64,000 nt of DNA from Geobacteraceae bacterium. GTDB taxonomy: Bacteria > Desulfobacterota > Desulfuromonadia > Geobacterales > Pseudopelobacteraceae. The DNA lies in the NCBI GenBank assembly GCA_016720395.1, contig JADKKR010000008.1, positions 404 through 64,403 of the forward strand. Reading direction: 5' to 3'. The position numbers were made by a program, and so were the translations under genes. Positions 57,672-64,000 of the stretch are shown one piece after another. Numbering within the stretch: the first letter of the stretch is position 1; the number at the start of each line of letters is the position of its first letter. Below the pieces are notes generated by a model that was given only the letters and a program-made list of their open reading frames with translations, made no database searches and was not told where the DNA came from.

Positions 57672-57932
57672 TTACTTGTGGCATTCCTTGCAGGACGTAG
57701 GCCCTTTCTTCATGTCGGCATGGCAGCCTTTGCAGGTCTTGTGTGACCACTCTTTGCCAAAGCCTTCGATTTTTCCGGGACCTTTCTCGTGGCATTTTTT
57801 GCAGTCACCCACTGCAGTCTGGTGAGCTTTGTGGTTGAATTTCACACCTTTTTTCAGATCCATGACGTCAGCGGCACATGCAGTGCCAGCAAATGCGACT
57901 ACAGCAAACAGGGCGATAACAACTTTCTTCAT
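57672..57932 (-). CDS. ppcA: PpcA-family periplasmic triheme cytochrome c7
   Basis: ATG 57932 with RBS GGAGG. The mature sequence ...KFNHKAHQTAVGDCKKCHEKGPGKIEGFGKEWSHKTCKGCHADMKKGPTSCKECHK closely parallels G. sulfurreducens PpcA as I recall it. Confidence 0.88.
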   Translation of the reverse strand: MKKVVIALFAVVAFAGTACAADVMDLKKGVKFNHKAHQTAVGDCKKCHEKGPGKIEGFGKEWSHKTCKGCHADMKKGPTSCKECHK

Positions 57933-58014
57933 TTCTACTACCTCCAAAAAGATTTTAAAAAAAACTATACTGTCTGTGATCAATAATTGTCAAGCCAAAT
58001 GTATACACAACCAA

Positions 58015-58518
58015 CTACCCCTGCAGTGCGGCATCTTTCGCCTCTACTTCCTTATCCATATCACTTCGATAGTCGTTCAGTGCCTTGGCTAGACGCTCAT
58101 CGTTCAGGGCCAGGATCTGTATGCAGAACAGCCCTGCATTCTTGGCGCCGGCCTTGCCGATCGCCATGGTGGCAACCGGAATGCCTCCGGGCATCTGCAC
58201 GGTGGAGTAGAGCGCGTCCACACCATTCAGGGCGCCTCCCGGCATGGGAACACCGATCACCGGCAGGGTGGTCTTGGCGGCGACGACACCGGCCAGATGG
58301 GCAGCCATTCCGGCTCCGGCGATGATGATCCGGATGCCCCGTCCGGCGGCTTCCGAAGCCAGCGCCATGGTCCTGACAGGCGATCTGTGGGCCGAGGAGA
58401 TGCGGATCTCATAGGCCACTCCAAACTTAACAAGAATATCAGCTGCTTCCTGCATGACCGGCAGATCGGAATCGCTGCCCATCATGATCAGAACCTTCGG
58501 CATATCAGCCATACACAT
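58015..58518 (-). CDS. purE: N5-carboxyaminoimidazole ribonucleotide mutase
   Basis: MGSDSDLPVM...SAHRSP...AGMAAHLAG motifs. Confidence 0.92.
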   Translation of the reverse strand: MCMADMPKVLIMMGSDSDLPVMQEAADILVKFGVAYEIRISSAHRSPVRTMALASEAAGRGIRIIIAGAGMAAHLAGVVAAKTTLPVIGVPMPGGALNGVDALYSTVQMPGGIPVATMAIGKAGAKNAGLFCIQILALNDERLAKALNDYRSDMDKEVEAKDAALQG

Positions 58519-58539
58519 CTCCTCTTCTCCAATAAAATT

Positions 58540-59814
58540 CTATGTCCGTCCGAGCGCCTTCCTGCCGATATCGCTGCGGAACTGAACACCATTCCAGCTG
58601 ATACAGTCAACCGCACCGTACGCGGTTGAGATAGCCTGCTGCACGGAGTCGCCCAGGGCCGTCACGCCCAGGACCCGCCCACCGTTGGTCACACAGCGGC
58701 CTTCCTTGACGGCGGTGCCGGCATGGAACACATACACGTCATCGATCCGGGCGGCTTCCGCCAGGCCGTTGATAACATCAGCTCTTCGATAGTCACCGGG
58801 GTAGCCCTCTGCAGCCATGACGACGCAGACGGCTGCCTTGTCGTGCCATTCGATTGAGTGTGAGCCAAGATCACCTTCGGCCACCGCCATCAGGACCGGT
58901 ACGATATCCGACTTCATCCGCATCAGCAGCGGCTGGCACTCCGGGTCTCCGAACCGGGCATTGAATTCCAGGGTTTTGACCTGTCCGTCCTTGACCATCA
59001 GTCCTGCATAGAGTACTCCGCGATAGGGTCGACCTTCTGCGGCCATGCCTTTCACGGTCGGGAGGATCACCTGCTGCATGGCCTTTTCATGGATATCACG
59101 TGTAACCACCGGTGCGGGCGAATAGGCACCCATTCCGCCTGTATTGGGCCCCTGGTCGCCATCAAAGATAGCTTTGTGATCCTGGGCGCTTGCCAGCGGG
59201 ACTATCTTTGTCCCATCCGTGATGACCAGGAACGAGGCCTCTTCTCCGGTCAGGAACTCTTCGATGACGACCCGTGAGCCGGCACTTCCGAAGGCGTTTC
59301 CGCTGAGCATCTCCCGGACTGCATCAACAGCCTCTTCGCACGTCCGGGCAATGATGACACCTTTACCGGCGGCCAGGCCATCGGCCTTGACTACGATCGG
59401 CGCCCCGGTCCGTTTGATGAAGGCTTCAGCCTCTGCCTGATCGGTAAAAACACCGTAGGCTGCCGTCGGTACGCCGTATTTCTGCATCAGATCTTTCGAG
59501 AAGGCCTTACTGCCCTCGATGAAGGCTGCCTTTTGTGAAGGTCCGAACACTTTGAGCCCGTGAGATTCGAACAGATCGACGATTCCCAGGGAGAGCGGCT
59601 GTTCGGGGCCCACAACTGTCAGATCGATCCTGTTTTCGAAGGCAAATGCCAGCAGTTTGTCCAACTGGTCAACGGCAATCGGGAGGTTCTCGGCCAGAGC
59701 CGCCGTGCCCGGGTTGCCCGGCGCACAGTACAGCTTTGTTACCAGCGGCGACTGTGCAATTTTCCAGGTCAGTGCATGTTCGCGGCCACCGCCGCCGACT
59801 ACCAGAACTTTCAT
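58540..59814 (-). CDS. purD: phosphoribosylamine-glycine ligase
   Basis: MKVLVVGGGGREHAL... with ATP-grasp pattern, 424 aa. Confidence 0.93.
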   Translation of the reverse strand: MKVLVVGGGGREHALTWKIAQSPLVTKLYCAPGNPGTAALAENLPIAVDQLDKLLAFAFENRIDLTVVGPEQPLSLGIVDLFESHGLKVFGPSQKAAFIEGSKAFSKDLMQKYGVPTAAYGVFTDQAEAEAFIKRTGAPIVVKADGLAAGKGVIIARTCEEAVDAVREMLSGNAFGSAGSRVVIEEFLTGEEASFLVITDGTKIVPLASAQDHKAIFDGDQGPNTGGMGAYSPAPVVTRDIHEKAMQQVILPTVKGMAAEGRPYRGVLYAGLMVKDGQVKTLEFNARFGDPECQPLLMRMKSDIVPVLMAVAEGDLGSHSIEWHDKAAVCVVMAAEGYPGDYRRADVINGLAEAARIDDVYVFHAGTAVKEGRCVTNGGRVLGVTALGDSVQQAISTAYGAVDCISWNGVQFRSDIGRKALGRT

Positions 59815-59876
59815 ATCAGTACCTCAAATAGTTAATCACTCCGCCATATGTCCTTACACTGTGTAAACAAAAACTT

Positions 59877-59970
59877 CAGAAAACATTATTACTCACGCTA
59901 CGACGCAACGACACAACGATAGTCTGAAAACATTATGGTGTTAATCGTTGCCTCGTCGCGTCGTTGCGTG
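59877..59970. repeat. composite direct + inverted repeat element in the purD-purH spacer
   Basis: Arms CACGCTACGACGCAACGACACAACGAT (59894-59920) and ATCGTTGCCTCGTCGCGTCGTTGCGTG (59944-59970). Each arm is preceded by C(A/T)GAAAACATTAT. Confidence 0.6.
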
Positions 59971-59998
59971 AAAAAGCTTTATTATGTTTAAGCTACAA

Positions 59999-61555
59999 TC
60001 AGTGACGGAAGTGCCGCATACCGGTGAAAATCATGGCAATCCCATGCTCATTGGCGGCCTTGATCACCTCTTCATCTCGTACGCTGCCGCCCGGTTGGAT
60101 AATGGCAGTTACTCCGGCTTCGGCAGCCGCATCCACTCCATCCCTGAAAGGGAAAAACGCGTCCGAGGCCAGTACCGTTCCCTTAGTGGGCAGCAGGGAC
60201 TTCTGGACAGCGATGCGGGAAGAATCAACCCGTGACATCTGGCCGGCTCCGATGCCCACGGTCTGGTCGCGGCTGGTAAACACGATAGCGTTGGACTTGA
60301 CGTGTTTGCAGACCCGCCATGCGAAATCAAGCGCTTCACACTCGCTCAAGGTTGGAGTGCGCTCGGACACCACCTTGCAGTCAGCTGCCCGGATCATGCC
60401 CAGGTCCCGTCCCTGAACGAGCAGGCCGCCGGTGACCTTCTTCAGGTCGTATCCGCCGGCCCGGTATTCTGTCAGCAGCGGTACCTGCATGACGCGGATG
60501 TTCTTTTTGGCGGTGAAGATGTTCAGTGCCTCATCGCTGTATCCCGGGGCGATCACCGCTTCCAGAAAGGTCGAGGTTAATTCCCTGGCTGTGTCTGCAT
60601 CCACCGTACGGTTAAAGCCGACAATACCTCCGAAGGCCGAAACCGGATCACATTCGCGTGCCTTGAGGTATGCGCTCAGCGGAGAATCTGCCAGGGCGAC
60701 GCCGCAGGGATTGGTGTGTTTGATGATCACAGCCGCCGACTGTTCGAACTCCTTGACGGTCTCGATGGCTGCGTCCAGATCGATGATGTTGTTGAAGGAA
60801 AGTTCCTTGCCCTGCAGTTGAACCGCTGTCGAGACACACGGTTCCGTGACGTTCTTCTCTGCATAGAACGCTGCTGTCTGTTGCGGGTTTTCTCCGTAGC
60901 GCAGGTCCTGGGTCTTGCTGACCTGGATTGTTAGGGTGGCCGGGTAGTCCGCGACACCTTCGCCGAGACGGGCTCCCAGATAGTTCGAGATGGCTCCGTC
61001 ATAGGCGGCCGTGTGCTGGAACACCTTGACCGCCAGGCCGAAATTGGTGGCAGCGGAAACAGTGCCGCCGGTGGATTCCATTTCATCGAGAACCGGTGCA
61101 TAGTCAGCGCAATCCACCAGCACCGTCACGTCGGGATAGTTCTTTGCGGCCGAGCGCAGCATGGTCGGCCCCCCGATGTCGATGTTCTCGATGGCGTCTT
61201 CAAGATGACAGCCTTCTTTGGCGGTCGTGGCTTCGAAGGGGTAGAGGTTGACCACCACCATATCGATGTTCTGGATGCCATGTTCCTTCATCTTGGCAAC
61301 GTGCTCAGGGTTGGAGCGCATTCCCAGCAGGCCGCCGTGCACCTTGGGGTGCAGGGTCTTGACCCGGCCGTCCAGCATCTCGGGGAACCCGGTGAATTCT
61401 GATACATCCATGACGTTCAGTCCGGCCTCGCGCAGCAGTTTTGCCGTACCGCCGGTGGAAAGAATCTCTACGCCGTACGCGGCCAGTTTCTTTGAAAACT
61501 CAATGATCCCCGTTTTGTCTGAGACGCTGATCAGCGCCCGGGTGATGTGTGCCAT
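59999..61555 (-). CDS. purH: bifunctional AICAR transformylase / IMP cyclohydrolase
   Basis: [10 protein letters not shown]...[11 protein letters not shown]... full-length PurH pattern. Confidence 0.93.
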   Translation of the reverse strand: MAHITRALISVSDKTGIIEFSKKLAAYGVEILSTGGTAKLLREAGLNVMDVSEFTGFPEMLDGRVKTLHPKVHGGLLGMRSNPEHVAKMKEHGIQNIDMVVVNLYPFEATTAKEGCHLEDAIENIDIGGPTMLRSAAKNYPDVTVLVDCADYAPVLDEMESTGGTVSAATNFGLAVKVFQHTAAYDGAISNYLGARLGEGVADYPATLTIQVSKTQDLRYGENPQQTAAFYAEKNVTEPCVSTAVQLQGKELSFNNIIDLDAAIETVKEFEQSAAVIIKHTNPCGVALADSPLSAYLKARECDPVSAFGGIVGFNRTVDADTARELTSTFLEAVIAPGYSDEALNIFTAKKNIRVMQVPLLTEYRAGGYDLKKVTGGLLVQGRDLGMIRAADCKVVSERTPTLSECEALDFAWRVCKHVKSNAIVFTSRDQTVGIGAGQMSRVDSSRIAVQKSLLPTKGTVLASDAFFPFRDGVDAAAEAGVTAIIQPGGSVRDEEVIKAANEHGIAMIFTGMRHFRH

Positions 61556-61660
61556 TGGTGCCAGCTCCTTTTATGTATCGTAGTCAGTTCAGCAGGGAAG
61601 AAATACTCTGGTACACATATGATGCAGAAATGATTATCCCGCTGACGTGCGTAACCCGTT

Positions 61661-62929
61661 TCAGGGTGTCGGGAAGCCGATGTGCTGCATGAACAGCGTT
61701 TCAAACAGCGGTGTCCCGGAAAGCGGCACTACCCGAAAGTGTGTGCCGAGCAGCTCTGTCGAAGCGAAAGCGTCTCCCGCGATCAGGGCCCGTTCGACGC
61801 CCGTCAGGGCTCCTTCAGGGGTAAAACGGGTAATGTGTACCATGCCTTCATCGAAAATTCCAATGGTTTTGAGCCATTCCGGTTCTAATACCGCCCCGAA
61901 GGAACCGGTCAAAACCACCTCTGTCAAGGCCTGGAAACGTATACGCGCCTTGTCGGCCAGAACGTCCATGCCTGCGCGGATGGCACCCTTGGCCAGTTGT
62001 ATCTGGCGGATGTCTCCCTGGGTCAGCACGAGCAGATTCCTGGCATCACGATGCAGTACGAATGCGTTTTCACCATGATGATCAATGACCCGGTTCGCAA
62101 GGTTGGAAGGGATTTCACTGCTGTCACGTAAACGGCCTCCCGGTTCGACAATATCGTGCTGCAGCAGCGCTGTAATTGTCTCGATAGCCGCTGAACCGCA
62201 GATGCCGACGGGGGGCAGATTCCCGATGGTGGAGACCGTCACCCTGCCGTCGTTGATGGCTAGCGAACAGATTGCGCCCGGCAGCGCGGCCATGCCGCAG
62301 GAAAGGTTGCCCCCTTCGAAGGCGGGACCGGCAGCTGCCGATGTTGCCCAGATCGTGTCCTCTGCGACCAGGGCGATCTCCCCGTTTGTACCCATGTCGA
62401 GAAAAAGGTGCGGTTTGAGAGGGGGAGGGGCAGCTCCTGAATTCAGGCGGGCTGAAAGCTCACCATAGAGGAAGGCAACGGTGTCCCCACCAACAAAGCC
62501 GCCGGGGGAGGGGAAGATGTAGACCGGTGCGGCACCCTGCCAGCCGAGTTCTGCTGCGGTGCGTGTTGTGCCGGCAGTCTTCAGTGGACGGTAGGGCGGG
62601 AAGGCCAGGGACCTGACCGGCAACCCCAGCAGGATGTGCTGCATGGCCGGATTGCCGGCAACCGCGATCTGTTGCACCTCACACAAGGAGATGCCGGTTG
62701 TTGCGCACAGTTCACACACCAGACGCCAGAGTTCGACCCGGATCAGGGATGACAACTCTCCCAGAATGGCATCAGAGCAAACCGCCGCATCCAGGCGTGA
62801 AACCACATCGGTGCCAAAGCTGCGCTGCGGATTCAGACTGCCGGTCATTGCCAGGCGTCTGCCGCTGGCCGGCTCTATCAGAGAGGCGGCCAGAGTGGTG
62901 GTTCCCAGGTCGATGGCGATGGCATACAT
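61661..62929 (-). CDS. ASKHA-superfamily ATPase (DUF4445 / RACo C-terminal-domain-like), lacking a ferredoxin domain
   Basis: MYAIAIDLGTTT phosphate-1 motif, DMGTNGE, GSFG. ATG 62929 with GAGGTG upstream, 4 nt after the selD stop. Confidence 0.75.
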   Translation of the reverse strand: MYAIAIDLGTTTLAASLIEPASGRRLAMTGSLNPQRSFGTDVVSRLDAAVCSDAILGELSSLIRVELWRLVCELCATTGISLCEVQQIAVAGNPAMQHILLGLPVRSLAFPPYRPLKTAGTTRTAAELGWQGAAPVYIFPSPGGFVGGDTVAFLYGELSARLNSGAAPPPLKPHLFLDMGTNGEIALVAEDTIWATSAAAGPAFEGGNLSCGMAALPGAICSLAINDGRVTVSTIGNLPPVGICGSAAIETITALLQHDIVEPGGRLRDSSEIPSNLANRVIDHHGENAFVLHRDARNLLVLTQGDIRQIQLAKGAIRAGMDVLADKARIRFQALTEVVLTGSFGAVLEPEWLKTIGIFDEGMVHITRFTPEGALTGVERALIAGDAFASTELLGTHFRVVPLSGTPLFETLFMQHIGFPTP

Positions 62930-62933
62930 GCGC

Positions 62934-63962
62934 TCAGTACACCTCAAGGGAACTGGTTTGCAGCGGCAGGACCTCACCGATCCGGCGGGCGAAGATGCCG
63001 CTGCTTTCAGCTGACGTCATGAAGCGGTCTGCGTCTTCCGGTGCAAAGGAGATCAGCAGGCCTCCGGATGTCTGGGGGTCAAACAGCGGCAGCAGGGCAT
63101 CACCGTCACGATGAATTCCCGACAGCAGCGGCAGGTAGTGATCACGGTTGCGGTAGCAGCCGGCCGGCAGCATGCCGTCCGCAACCAGTCCCGTCAGTCC
63201 GTTCATCAGAGGTGTGGCGGCCAGGTCAATGCGCATAGTGATCCCCGCTCCCCGTGCCATCTCAGCGGCATGCCCGATCAGTCCGAAGCCGGTCACATCG
63301 GTTGCGGCCGTGGCGTGGCATTCAGCCATAAGTTGTGCAGCTGCGCGGTTGAGGGTCGTCATCCAGCGGACAGCTTCGGCGATGATCTGAGCGGAGGCCA
63401 TTTCTCCCTTGATGGCGGTGGAAATGATCCCGGTGCCCAACGGTTTGGTCAGAATCAGCACATCGCCCGGGCGGGCGGTTGAATTGCGGATGATTGCATC
63501 AGGCGAGACCAGTCCGGTCACAGACAGGCCGTACTTCAGTTCGTCGTCTTCTACCGTGTGACCGCCCACCAGGCAGACTCCAGCCTCCTGCAGGATGCTC
63601 TGGCCGCCGGCCAGTATCTCCCGCAGGATTTCTCCCGGCAGGGAGCAGGCCGGGAAAAAGACCAGGTTCATGGCGGTAACGGGCCGTCCTCCCATGGCAT
63701 AGACATCCGAGACGGCATTAGCAGCGGCGATCCGGCCGAAGGTATGGGGATCATCAACCAGCGGGGTGATCACGTCGGCCGTTTCCACCAGGGCGCACTC
63801 CGCCGCAATCCTGTAGACCCCGGCATCATCAGATGTCTCCGGTCCTACAAGCAGGTTTGCGTCGCGGTGATCCCAAAGCCCGTCCAGGGCTTTCGCCAGG
63901 CCCGCCGGGCCCAGTTTCGCGGCTCAACCGGCGGCTTTTACCAGCTGTGTCAGTCTGATCAT
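62934..63962 (-). CDS. selD: selenide, water dikinase SelD with in-frame UGA (selenocysteine) at 63924-63926
   Basis: ATG 63962: [26 protein letters not shown]... is in frame with track ORF 62934-63788. The UGA sits where E. coli SelD has the catalytic Cys (GAGCGCK). [11 protein letters not shown] motif. Confidence 0.85.
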
Positions 63963-64000
63963 GGTCTTTTCGTCCTATTCATCTGATATCATACCACACA

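Noticed and set aside
63924-63926. TGA interrupting selD, read as a nonsense mutation or pseudogene
   Set aside because: The frame is conserved on both sides and the codon sits at the known Cys/Sec catalytic position of SelD. I interpret it as selenocysteine.

Overview
This 64-kb window is a chromosomal segment from a Geobacter-type (Desulfuromonadales) deltaproteobacterium. The lineage call rests on a near-PpcA triheme cytochrome c7, System II ccsBA genes and 37 c-type heme motifs in one cluster.

Almost every operon is linked to sulfur or selenium:
- mnmA translationally coupled to a ThiS-ThiF fusion.
- A metI/metC-like PLP enzyme pair behind a clear SAM-I (S-box) riboswitch.
- rrf2-cysK.
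- A 15.5-kb co-directional respiratory supercluster at 18.6-34.05 kb. It holds a DUF3373-like porin, a heme-c protein with three rhodanese domains, an octaheme cytochrome, a Tat-exported Psr-like Mo enzyme with NrfD and FeS subunits, a c7 cytochrome, two small secreted proteins ending in Gly-Cys, 12-heme and 9-heme cytochromes, and a Rieske/cyt b6/subunit IV complex with a tetraheme c.
- An RND efflux operon.
- A persulfide-type operon (C_GCAxxG_C_C, DUF2892, MBL, rhodanese, ArsR).
- A sulfate assimilation operon, sbp-cysTWA-cysH-cysDN-larE.
- Three glycosyltransferases, ccsBA, ppcA-like, purE/D/H, an ASKHA ATPase, and a selenocysteine-containing selD.

Two tRNAs are present, Thr-CGT and Gly-GCC. 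No CRISPR array, transposase or prophage is visible.

Features the ORF track does not show:
- The riboswitch.
- An identical 21-bp palindrome on the rrf2 and sbp promoters.
- A REP/MITE-like element in three copies, two of them inside the cys operon.
- An in-frame UGA (Sec) in selD.
- One track ORF (27264-28388) that is really two genes.
- At least 28 reading-frame breaks concentrated at 36.5-49 kb. They look like indel errors rather than gene decay.

Non-ORF coordinates were read by eye and may be off by 1-2 nt.
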